From an uncultured bacterium (GTDB lineage: Bacteria > Patescibacteriota > Gracilibacteria > UBA4473), in contig CAMZKS010000101.1 in the NCBI GenBank assembly GCA_947311285.1, forward strand, positions 1-33,883: 33,883 nucleotides of DNA. The letters run 5' to 3'. The notes beneath the pieces were generated by a model. It was not told the origin of the DNA. It saw nothing but the letters and a program-made list of their open reading frames with translations, and searched no databases. The translations under genes and the position numbers were made by a program. Positions within the stretch are counted from its first letter, which is position 1. Each line of letters starts with the position of its first letter. This document shows positions 8,383 to 15,403 of the stretch, piece after piece.

Positions 8383-8572
8383 TAATACCAATAGCTCGAT
8401 ACTGTTTATTAATTCGAAAATAGAATAATCCGCTAGAATTCGGTTTAAGTTTTTTAAGACTTATAGCGTTAAAATAACCACCTTCAATTAAGATCTTTTG
8501 TTTTTGATATTGTTTTATCAGGCCGCGAGCGGATAAGTAAGCACGAATAGATCTTTCTTCAATAACTTTCAT
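8336..8572 (-). CDS. RelE/ParE-superfamily toxin (type II TA)
   Basis: 78 aa. The C-terminal pattern LKKLKPNSSGLFYFRINKQYRAIGIINHQTFVVLEIWDH matches the RelE/StbE/YafQ-type motif (L.G...G.[YF]SFRI...YR.I... then I..H). Its start overlaps the upstream ORF stop. Confidence 0.7.
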   Translation of the reverse strand: MKVIEERSIRAYLSARGLIKQYQKQKILIEGGYFNAISLKKLKPNSSGLFYFRINKQYRAIGIINHQTFVVLEIWDHQ

Positions 8573-8775
8573 TAAATATTGTCGAAATATTGAGGATCAT
8601 CTGAAAGTTGAGTTCGAGCCTTTAGCGCTTTGCTAATTAGTTCTGGTGTTACTTCATCTTCGTCTAGGTTCGAAATTTTTACTTGAAGCTGCGCGAGTAC
8701 GTATTCCTGTAGATTCTCCCAGGTTGAAAACCGCTCTGGTAAGCCGTTTATATTTTCATCAATCGTTATAATCAT
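8572..8775 (-). CDS. Putative cognate antitoxin (family not recognised)
   Basis: 67 aa and acidic. It lies directly upstream of the toxin with a 1-nt overlap (ATTAAATA context, start/stop coupling). The call rests on position and size only. Confidence 0.45.
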   Translation of the reverse strand: MIITIDENINGLPERFSTWENLQEYVLAQLQVKISNLDEDEVTPELISKALKARTQLSDDPQYFDNI

Positions 8776-8999
8776 TACGATTATTATTACTTGCTAAATT
8801 TCAAATGTCTAGTTTGGAGGTTGACTTCTTCTTCTGATAGAATGGAGAATAATTCAAACAAATAAATATGAAATATTTAAATTTAAGGCCATGAAATCAT
8901 TTATCTACTTTTATTTTTCGTGGGATAGAAAATTCAGAAAAACAATCACTGGCAGTTGAAGAGGCAGAACTCGCTGCTCGAGATGTAAAAGGAGATACT

Positions 9000-9218
9000 A
9001 TGTGGGAGATGGCAGACTTAGATCAAAATATCGTTGAAACCCCGGGGGTTATTGAGCGTTGGGGAAAGGGCTATTTGAATCATCTGACTCTTGGCTATTT
9101 TTATAAGGAGTTTGGGAGTGCGGATGAAATTCGTTCGAGTTTGTTTGGAAGTAAAGATCCAAAGAAGGAAGAAGTAATTGATCCAGAGGCAAATAAGTGG
9201 GGAGGAGTTGATGTATAG
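9000..9218 (+). CDS. Hypothetical small protein
   Basis: 72-aa ORF with no recognisable motif. It is followed by a strong terminator, so coding status is uncertain. Confidence 0.3.
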   Translation: MWEMADLDQNIVETPGVIERWGKGYLNHLTLGYFYKEFGSADEIRSSLFGSKDPKKEEVIDPEANKWGGVDV

Positions 9219-9253
9219 ATTCTCGCCTGTGCAGGAATGATAACGGATAATTG

Positions 9254-9296
9254 TTAAAATAAAAAAAGCCCCGCTGCGGGGCTTTTTTTATTTTAA
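9254..9296. terminator. Bidirectional intrinsic terminator, a perfect 43-bp palindrome (copy B of the repeated hairpin element)
   Basis: TTAAAATAAAAAAAGCCCCGC-T-GCGGGGCTTTTTTTATTTTAA has 21-nt arms that are exact reverse complements. The GC stem is flanked by an A-run and a T-run. It sits between the 9000 ORF (+) and rpsC (-). Confidence 0.75.
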
Positions 9297-9302
9297 ATTT
9301 AG

Positions 9303-9323
9303 ATCCTGAATCAAGTTCAGGAT
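9303..9323. other. Hairpin ATCCTGAA-tcaag-TTCAGGAT immediately 3' of rpsC
   Basis: 8-bp perfect inverted repeat, 16 nt beyond the rpsC stop on the - strand. No T-run follows it. Confidence 0.4.
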
Positions 9324-9338
9324 GACAGATTATAATTA

Positions 9339-9983
9339 TTAGTCGTTCATGCTTTTATTTTTAAACACAAGTCCTCGGTAAACCCAAACCTTAATTCCAA
9401 TTTGTCCGTACATAGTAGCCGCTTCAGACGTAGCATAATCAATGTCTGCTCGAAGTGTATGCAAAGGAACTGTTCCTTCAATGTAGGTTTCTTTACGAGC
9501 GATATCTACCCCGTTCAAACGCCCAGAGATAAGTACTTTAACACCCTTAACACCACTTTCTCTGGCTCTTTCAAGTGCCATTTTACAAACTCTTCGGTAA
9601 GGAAAACGTTTCTCGACTTGATCCGCAATATTTTGAGCAATTAACTCCGCGTCAGCCTCAGGCTTACGAATCTCTTGAACCGTAACAGCGAATGTTTCTC
9701 TAAACATTACTTTAAGCTTTTTTTGTAGTGCCTGAATATCTTCACCACCACGGCCAACGATCATTCCTGGTTTCGCCGCATGAATAACAACTTCAATCTT
9801 TCCTGTATTTCGAATAATTTCGATTCTAGAAACCCCCGCTTTCGCTAAAGATGTTTTTAAGTGTTTTCGAATTTCAAGATCCTGTAAGAATTTAGCTTGA
9901 AAATCTTTCTTAGAGAACCATTTAGAGTCCCAAGTTCGGGTAATACCTATACGAAGTGAAATCGGTGATACTTTTTTTCCCAT
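9339..9983 (-). CDS. rpsC: 30S ribosomal protein S3
   Basis: 214 aa. MGKKVSPISLRIGITRTWDSKWF plus KH-domain and C-terminal S3 motifs. It is the last gene of this block. Confidence 0.97.
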   Translation of the reverse strand: MGKKVSPISLRIGITRTWDSKWFSKKDFQAKFLQDLEIRKHLKTSLAKAGVSRIEIIRNTGKIEVVIHAAKPGMIVGRGGEDIQALQKKLKVMFRETFAVTVQEIRKPEADAELIAQNIADQVEKRFPYRRVCKMALERARESGVKGVKVLISGRLNGVDIARKETYIEGTVPLHTLRADIDYATSEAATMYGQIGIKVWVYRGLVFKNKSMND

Positions 9984-9986
9984 GGA

Positions 9987-10313
9987 TTATTTAGAGGCTA
10001 GTTCAATAGTTATATTTGAAGTGGGCTTGCTGATTGGTAACGCTCGACCTCGTGAAGAAGGTAGGTGGCGTTTATACACCGGCCCCTTATTCACAATAAC
10101 GGAGGCAACCGTAAGATTTTCAGCCTTCTGGTTATCGTTGTTTTCGGCATTAGCAATCGCGGAGTGTAAAGTTTTGTAGAGAATTTGCGCCGCTTTCTTT
10201 GGCGTAAACTTCAAGATACTAAGAGCTTCAACCGCATTTTTATTGCGGATTAAACCAGCGACTACATTCGCTTTTTTAGGCGAAATTCGAATACGTCTTA
10301 AATGAGCTTTCAT
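9987..10313 (-). CDS. rplV: 50S ribosomal protein L22
   Basis: 108 aa. RISPKKANVVAGLIRNKNVEALSILKFTPKKAA-type L22 signature. Operon position is S19-L22-S3. Confidence 0.95.
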   Translation of the reverse strand: MKAHLRRIRISPKKANVVAGLIRNKNAVEALSILKFTPKKAAQILYKTLHSAIANAENNDNQKAENLTVASVIVNKGPVYKRHLPSSRGRALPISKPTSNITIELASK

Positions 10314-10315
10314 AA

Positions 10316-10585
10316 TTATTTAGCAAGTTTACCACCGTGAGACCGGAATTTTCGTGTAGGCGAGAATTCCCCAAGTTTGTGACCAACCATGAATTCGGAA
10401 CAGAATACTGGGATGTGATCTTTCCCGTTGTGTACACCGAAGGTGTGTCCAACGAATTCAGGAGAGATAGTACAACTCCGAGACCAGGTTTTGATAACCC
10501 CTTTTTTGCCACTTTCATTCATGGCTTGAATTTTCTTCAAGACACGAGGGTCAACGTAGGGGCCTTTTTTTGCAGATCGAGTCAT
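10316..10585 (-). CDS. rpsS: 30S ribosomal protein S19
   Basis: 89 aa. [16 protein letters not shown]...[23 protein letters not shown] is canonical S19. Confidence 0.97.
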   Translation of the reverse strand: MTRSAKKGPYVDPRVLKKIQAMNESGKKGVIKTWSRSCTISPEFVGHTFGVHNGKDHIPVFCSEFMVGHKLGEFSPTRKFRSHGGKLAK

Positions 10586-10645
10586 GGTTCAGAGAGTAGT
10601 TATAAGTTCTTAAATTTAAAGTCGAATTAAAGACTTTGTGAGGAA

Positions 10646-11494
10646 TTAACGTTTTTTCTTAGCTCGGTGACGAGAAACAAGAATCATTTTATCGCTCGCT
10701 TTTTTGCGCTTACGGGTTTTAACACCAAGGGCATGTGCCCCCCAAGGAGTTTTAGGGTAAGCCATTCCAATAGGCGAACCACCCTCTCCCCCTCCGTGCG
10801 GATGATCACATGGATTCATCGCTTTCCCACGCACTTGGGGACGTCGCCCCATGTGTCGCTTTCGACCGGCCTTACCGATACGAACTTGAGAGTGTTCTTC
10901 ATTTGAAACAATACCAATAGTAGCAAAGTTTGTTTTTTCAACTAATCGAGTCTCCCCAGAGTTAAGTTGCACTTGTGCTTTATCTCCATCAAGAGAGATG
11001 AGCGTTGCGGATTGACCAGCAGATCGTACAGCTTGCCCCCCTTTATTTGGCGTGATTTCTAGATTATGGATTTGGTAACCAACCGGGATGTTTTGCAACT
11101 GCATTCGATTCCCGTCTACGATTTTTGCCTTGATATCAGTGATGTATGTATCACCATCTTTTGCATTTTTATGCGCTAGGATGTAACGCTTGTCTCCATC
11201 AGCGAAAACTACTAAAGCAATATGACATGTTCGCTTTGGATCGTATTCAATTGCCGTGATTTTACCCGGAATGCCGAGTTTGTCCGTACCGTTGAAGTCT
11301 ATCATTCGGTAGCGAGAACGAGTACCTCCTCCACGGTGACGAATAGAAATAGTACCATTATTACGACCGGCAAATCTTTTTGAGTTCTTCAGAAGTCTCT
11401 TTACTGATGGTTTCTTAGCGGTCAGTTGGGCACGATCTACATAACTTGTATCTCGTTGTCCGTTGGTCGTTGGTTTTCTGGTTATTACTGCCAT
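10646..11494 (-). CDS. rplB: 50S ribosomal protein L2
   Basis: 282 aa. GRNNGTISIRHRGGG, IHNLEITPNKGGQAVRSAG and MNPCDHPHGGGEGGSPIG are canonical L2 motifs. Confidence 0.98.
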   Translation of the reverse strand: MAVITRKPTTNGQRDTSYVDRAQLTAKKPSVKRLLKNSKRFAGRNNGTISIRHRGGGTRSRYRMIDFNGTDKLGIPGKITAIEYDPKRTCHIALVVFADGDKRYILAHKNAKDGDTYITDIKAKIVDGNRMQLQNIPVGYQIHNLEITPNKGGQAVRSAGQSATLISLDGDKAQVQLNSGETRLVEKTNFATIGIVSNEEHSQVRIGKAGRKRHMGRRPQVRGKAMNPCDHPHGGGEGGSPIGMAYPKTPWGAHALGVKTRKRKKASDKMILVSRHRAKKKR

Positions 11495-11539
11495 GGTGGG
11501 AATATTTAAGTTTTGTGGGCCAAGTGGCTCACGAATTTA

Positions 11540-11827
11540 TTATTTAAAGTCGTTAAAGTTAAGTGTTTGTCCTGTCTTAAGGGTTACTATTGCCTTCTTA
11601 AGCGCGGGACGACGATTAATTAATCGCCCACGACCTACAACTCGAGTCTTAGCGGGTAAACGAACAATATTTACATTCGCAACATCTACCTTATAGAAAG
11701 ACATAACTGCCTGAGCTATAGATTTTTTAGAAGCGCCTCCGTGCACTTGGAACGTATATTTTCCAGTTTGAGCTACCGTCTTTTCAGTAACTACGGGAGC
11801 GATGAGAACGTTTGTAGTAGGGATCAT
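11540..11827 (-). CDS. rplW: 50S ribosomal protein L23
   Basis: 95 aa. PVVTEKT...YTFQVHGGASKKSIAQAVMSFYKVDVANVNI is L23-like. Position is L4-L23-L2. Confidence 0.93.
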   Translation of the reverse strand: MIPTTNVLIAPVVTEKTVAQTGKYTFQVHGGASKKSIAQAVMSFYKVDVANVNIVRLPAKTRVVGRGRLINRRPALKKAIVTLKTGQTLNFNDFK

Positions 11828-11830
11828 AGC

Positions 11831-12463
11831 TTATTTTTTAGACAAGAAAGTTGATTCAATTACTGGCAAGCTCGCATCTAAGAAACAGACTTTATCAGCA
11901 ATAAGTAGTTCGTAAGGATTTAGGTAGTTAGCCCGAACAGTCTTAACTTGAGGTAGGTTGCGAATTGACTTAGCAAAAGCATCTGTACCGGCCGCTAAAA
12001 CAAAAAGAATTTTTTTATCTACTGGCAATTTAGTAAGTAGTTCGACTACTTTCTTCGTGCTTGGGGTATCCATTTTTGGAAGCTCAAGTGCGAATATTTC
12101 AGAAGCCTTAGCCTTAACTGTTAAAGCAGAGAATAACGCAGCACGTCGCTCCTTTTTCGGCATCATTTTAGTGAAGTTCACTTTGTTGGTAGGTCCATGA
12201 GTAACACCTCCACCTCGCAGAAGATTTGTAGAACGAGAGCCACGTCGCGCATTCCCTGTTCCTTTTTGCTTTTGAATCTTACGAGTAGAGTAAGACACTT
12301 CGCCACGAGTTTTCGTGTGAGCAATTGGGTTACGCTTATTAGCGAGCCTCATTACCACTGCACGGTGCATTAGGTCTTCATTAATGTTTGCGTCGAACAT
12401 TTCGCCGCTAACAGTTACGTCACCTTTCTTCTTGCCGTCTGCCGCGTATAAATCAATTTTCAT
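11831..12463 (-). CDS. rplD: 50S ribosomal protein L4
   Basis: 210 aa. KQKGTGNARRGSRSTNLLRGGGVTHGP is the L4 signature loop. Confidence 0.96.
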   Translation of the reverse strand: MKIDLYAADGKKKGDVTVSGEMFDANINEDLMHRAVVMRLANKRNPIAHTKTRGEVSYSTRKIQKQKGTGNARRGSRSTNLLRGGGVTHGPTNKVNFTKMMPKKERRAALFSALTVKAKASEIFALELPKMDTPSTKKVVELLTKLPVDKKILFVLAAGTDAFAKSIRNLPQVKTVRANYLNPYELLIADKVCFLDASLPVIESTFLSKK

Positions 12464-12465
12464 GG

Positions 12466-13059
12466 TTATGCGTCTTCGCGAATAAATACTAATGTGTTGA
12501 TAGCTCCTGGCACAGCCCCCTTTAGAGCGATTAAATGCTTGGCCGCGTCGATTTGAATTACTTCAACATTTCGCAAAGTTGTTTCTTTGCCTCCTAAACG
12601 ACCCGGCATTTTTTTACCTTTCATTATTCGTGCTGGTTTGGCACAAGTTCCGACACTCCCTGGTTCACGGTGATGATGAGAACCATGAGTCTCTGGGCCT
12701 CGTGAGAATTTGTGTCGCTTAATTACACCAGCAAATCCCTTACCTTTTGATGTACTTGTGATTTTTACTCGTGACACACCTTCCATTGAGGCAACACCAA
12801 TAGAGTCACCTTGCTTAATACCTGCGTCAGCATCTAAACGAAGTTCGTGTATGAATTTATAATTCTTGTTAGCGTTTTTTCGAACCTTGTTTCGTGCAAA
12901 ATTGGCTAGTACTGCCGCATCGTAACCATCTTTGGAGACAGTCTTGATTTGTAGCACTTTAGCATCAGGTGCCTCTAAAACTGTCACAGGCGTAACTCGA
13001 CCAGTTCCTGGGTCAATTATACGAGACATTCCGACTTTACGAGCGAGGATTCCTTTCAT
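12466..13059 (-). CDS. rplC: 50S ribosomal protein L3
   Basis: 197 aa. GILARKVGMSRIID...PVTVLE and SKGKGFAGVIKRHKFSRGPETHGS are canonical L3 motifs. Confidence 0.97.
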   Translation of the reverse strand: MKGILARKVGMSRIIDPGTGRVTPVTVLEAPDAKVLQIKTVSKDGYDAAVLANFARNKVRKNANKNYKFIHELRLDADAGIKQGDSIGVASMEGVSRVKITSTSKGKGFAGVIKRHKFSRGPETHGSHHHREPGSVGTCAKPARIMKGKKMPGRLGGKETTLRNVEVIQIDAAKHLIALKGAVPGAINTLVFIREDA

Positions 13060-13154
13060 GGTATTTAAATCTTATTTCTTAGTAGTTTTTGCTGAGAGGT
13101 TGGGAATCAACATCAGACTCTAGAAACTCAAATGATTTTTGAGTGAAGGCATTA

Positions 13155-13499
13155 CTAGATCATCTTGATCTCTACTTCAACCCCTCCCGGAAGGTGAAGA
13201 TTTTGCAGTGATTCGATTGTCTTAGGTGTTGGTTCCTTGATATCAATCAAGCGTTTGTGCGTTCGCATCTCGTATTGGTCACGGGCATCTTTGTTAACAA
13301 AGAAAGCTCGATTAACCGTAAACTTCTTAATTTTAGTGGGCAGTGGTACTGGACCGGAAACCATAGATCCATTTCTTTCTGCAGTCTCAACGATAGCCTT
13401 AGCGGCTTCGTCAATAATTGTGTAATCGAACGATCGAACGATAATTCGAACCTTGGCGGCCTGAGTTACGTCTTTTTTGGTGGTTGATTTAGTAGCCAT
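13155..13499 (-). CDS. rpsJ: 30S ribosomal protein S10
   Basis: 114 aa. IRIIVRSFDYTIIDEAAKAIVETAERNGSMVSGPVPLPT...YEMRTHKRLIDI is canonical S10, with a short N-terminal extension. Confidence 0.97.
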   Translation of the reverse strand: MATKSTTKKDVTQAAKVRIIVRSFDYTIIDEAAKAIVETAERNGSMVSGPVPLPTKIKKFTVNRAFFVNKDARDQYEMRTHKRLIDIKEPTPKTIESLQNLHLPGGVEVEIKMI

Positions 13500-13530
13500 A
13501 GTGCTTTTAAAATAAGAAAAGAGCTAGCAG

Positions 13531-13558
13531 AATATAGATAAGACACAGTAGGTGTCAA
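13531..13558 (-). promoter_or_regulatory. Sigma70-like promoter candidate for the rpsJ block
   Basis: On the - strand: TTGACA (complement of 13553-13558), a 16-nt spacer, and TATATT (complement of 13531-13536), about 30 nt upstream of the rpsJ ATG. Confidence 0.45.
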
Positions 13559-13566
13559 CTAGTTTT

Positions 13567-13595
13567 TTGAGTTTGTGGGTTAACTATGGTATAAT
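13567..13595 (+). promoter_or_regulatory. Sigma70-like promoter candidate for the 13617 gene
   Basis: TTGAGT at 13567-13572, a 17-nt spacer, and a perfect TATAAT at 13590-13595. Confidence 0.45.
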
Positions 13596-13616
13596 GACTC
13601 AATTTAAAATCTAAAT

Positions 13617-13925
13617 ATGACTGAAACGCCACCGCTAACACCAGTGCCTGAAAATATTTCACCAAAAGAACTTGTAGTAGAAAAATACCCGGCCATGCAA
13701 TTTGTGGTTAAATTTGCCAAATTGCTAGCAACCGTAATAGCGGTTTTGTTTTTATTATTTGCTTTAATTTCTATTGTTAATGGAATCTTTAGTGAGGGCG
13801 GAAGTTTTTTATGGGGATTGGTTAACGCCGGGTTTTATATCATGATTGGGGGCGTATTAATTGGTTTAGTGAAGGGTATGGGCGAAGCGTTTGAGGTTTT
13901 GTTGGAATTAGAGAAAAGGAAGTGA
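13617..13925 (+). CDS. Small membrane protein (two predicted TM helices), hypothetical
   Basis: 102 aa with two hydrophobic stretches (LLATVIAVLFLLFALISIV and FYIMIGGVLIGLV). It has its own promoter candidate and terminator. Confidence 0.5.
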   Translation: MTETPPLTPVPENISPKELVVEKYPAMQFVVKFAKLLATVIAVLFLLFALISIVNGIFSEGGSFLWGLVNAGFYIMIGGVLIGLVKGMGEAFEVLLELEKRK

Positions 13926-13950
13926 CTTTTTATGTTTAGCTTTAAACAAG

Positions 13951-13980
13951 AAAAAGACCTCACATTGTGAGGCCTTTTTT
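13951..13980. terminator. Bidirectional intrinsic terminator
   Basis: AAAAAGACCTCACA-TTG-TGAGGCCTTTTTT. The stem is flanked by an A-run and a T-run. It serves the 13617 gene (+) and tuf (-). Confidence 0.7.
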
Positions 13981-14043
13981 GTAAGCAGATCCCGCAGAGC
14001 GGGATAAGTTTAACTAGCGGCTCGAAAGCTCGCCGAGTCTCGC

Positions 14044-15240
14044 TTACTTAAGGATTTTAGTAATAACTCCCGCACCTACGGTTCGTCCTCCTTCTCGGAT
14101 CGCGAATCGAGTACCTGCGTTTAGGGCAATAGCTTTTCCAAGTAAAACCTTGAATTTAGCATTGTCACCAGGCATTACCATTTCAACTCCGTCTGGAAGA
14201 ATAATTTCTCCAGTAACATCCGTAGTACGGATAAAGAATTGAGGTTTGTAACCTTTGAAGAAAGGTGTGTGACGACCTCCCTCTTCTTTTTTAAGAACAT
14301 ATACTTCGGCTTCTGCCTCAGTATGAGGTGTTATGGTACCCGGTTTAGCCATAACTTGACCACGTTCGATATCATCTCGTTCAATCCCTCGCAACAGAAG
14401 TCCAGCATTATCGCCAGCTTCACCACGCTCTAATTGTTTTCGTAACATTTCTACTCCGGTAACGGTTGTTTTCATCGTGTCTTTAAGTCCTACGATTTCA
14501 ATTGTGTCACCAACGTTAATTGAACCTTGTTCGATTCGGCCAGTGGCAACTGTACCTCGACCCTTAATTGAGAATACATCTTCAACTGGCATTAAGAAGT
14601 CCTTATCTGTTTCTCGTTTTGGTTCAGGAATTTCAGAATCAAGCGCATTAAGAAGGTCTAACACTTTGTCACCCCATTCACCACTTGGATCTTCAAGGGC
14701 TTTAAGTGCTGAACCATGAATAATAACCGCATTGTCACCATCGTAATCTCGTTTTGATAGTTCCTCTCGGATTTCCATTTCAACAAGCTCAATCATTTCT
14801 GCGTCGTCCACCATGTCACATTTGTTCAAGAACACTACGATCTTGTCTACACCAACTTGTTTGGCTAAAAGGATATGTTCTTTGGTTTGTGGCATCGGAC
14901 CATCGGTAGCGGCACAAACAAGGATGGCTCCGTCCATTTGAGCGGCACCAGTAATCATGTTTTTTACGTAATCGGCATGACCAGGACAATCCACATGTGC
15001 GTAATGTCGTGCGTCCGTTTCGTATTCTTGATGAGAAGTAGAGATAGTAATACCTCGTGCTTTTTCTTCTGGAGCGTTGTCGATTTGGTCGAAAGCTACA
15101 GACTTGTTGCCATCGAGTGATCCGTAACGGTCATGTGCTACGGCCGTAATTGCTGCTGTAAGCGTTGTTTTACCATGATCGACGTGACCAATGGTTCCCA
15201 CATTTACATGGGGCTTGTTTCGTTCAAATTTTGCTGTCAT
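14044..15240 (-). CDS. tuf: Elongation factor Tu
   Basis: 398 aa. [27 protein letters not shown] and a full-length by-eye alignment to EF-Tu. Confidence 0.99.
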   Translation of the reverse strand: MTAKFERNKPHVNVGTIGHVDHGKTTLTAAITAVAHDRYGSLDGNKSVAFDQIDNAPEEKARGITISTSHQEYETDARHYAHVDCPGHADYVKNMITGAAQMDGAILVCAATDGPMPQTKEHILLAKQVGVDKIVVFLNKCDMVDDAEMIELVEMEIREELSKRDYDGDNAVIIHGSALKALEDPSGEWGDKVLDLLNALDSEIPEPKRETDKDFLMPVEDVFSIKGRGTVATGRIEQGSINVGDTIEIVGLKDTMKTTVTGVEMLRKQLERGEAGDNAGLLLRGIERDDIERGQVMAKPGTITPHTEAEAEVYVLKKEEGGRHTPFFKGYKPQFFIRTTDVTGEIILPDGVEMVMPGDNAKFKVLLGKAIALNAGTRFAIREGGRTVGAGVITKILK

Positions 15241-15299
15241 CGTAAGATGTGGGTTAGAAAGTAGAAAATTTGGGGTTCAAAATTGATTTTACCTCCACG

Positions 15300-15327
15300 A
15301 TACTAGAAACCAAGAATTTTTTGTCAA
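15300..15327 (-). promoter_or_regulatory. Sigma70-like promoter candidate for tuf
   Basis: On the - strand: TTGACA (complement of 15322-15327), a 16-nt spacer, and TAGTAT (complement of 15300-15305), about 55 nt upstream of the tuf ATG. Confidence 0.45.
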
Positions 15328-15403
15328 AATTTTTTATTAAGACTCTATTCTCATTTATAGATAATATTTTGAGTCTTATTAGGATCGCACTGATTACTAC
15401 TAC

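Noticed and set aside
8380-8385. Possible UGA recoding (code 4 or 25, as in Gracilibacteria/SR1), prompted by the TGA stops of the EVE gene, the 13617 gene, rpe and ribE
   Set aside because: No conserved gene needs an in-frame TGA to stay open. The EVE TGA is followed at once by TAA. Read-through of the 13617 ORF would run through a terminator hairpin. The standard code explains every ORF.
9402-15120. Plus-strand ORFs overlapping the S10 block and tuf (for example 9402-9644, 9982-10179, 10337-10630, 10667-10906, 11463-11696, 11958-12200, 12932-13123, 13237-13487, 14239-15120), plus the - strand alternate-frame ORF 10276-10518
   Set aside because: All are antisense shadows, or alternate-frame shadows in the 10276-10518 case, of highly conserved genes. 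None has promoter, motif or coding-like composition support.
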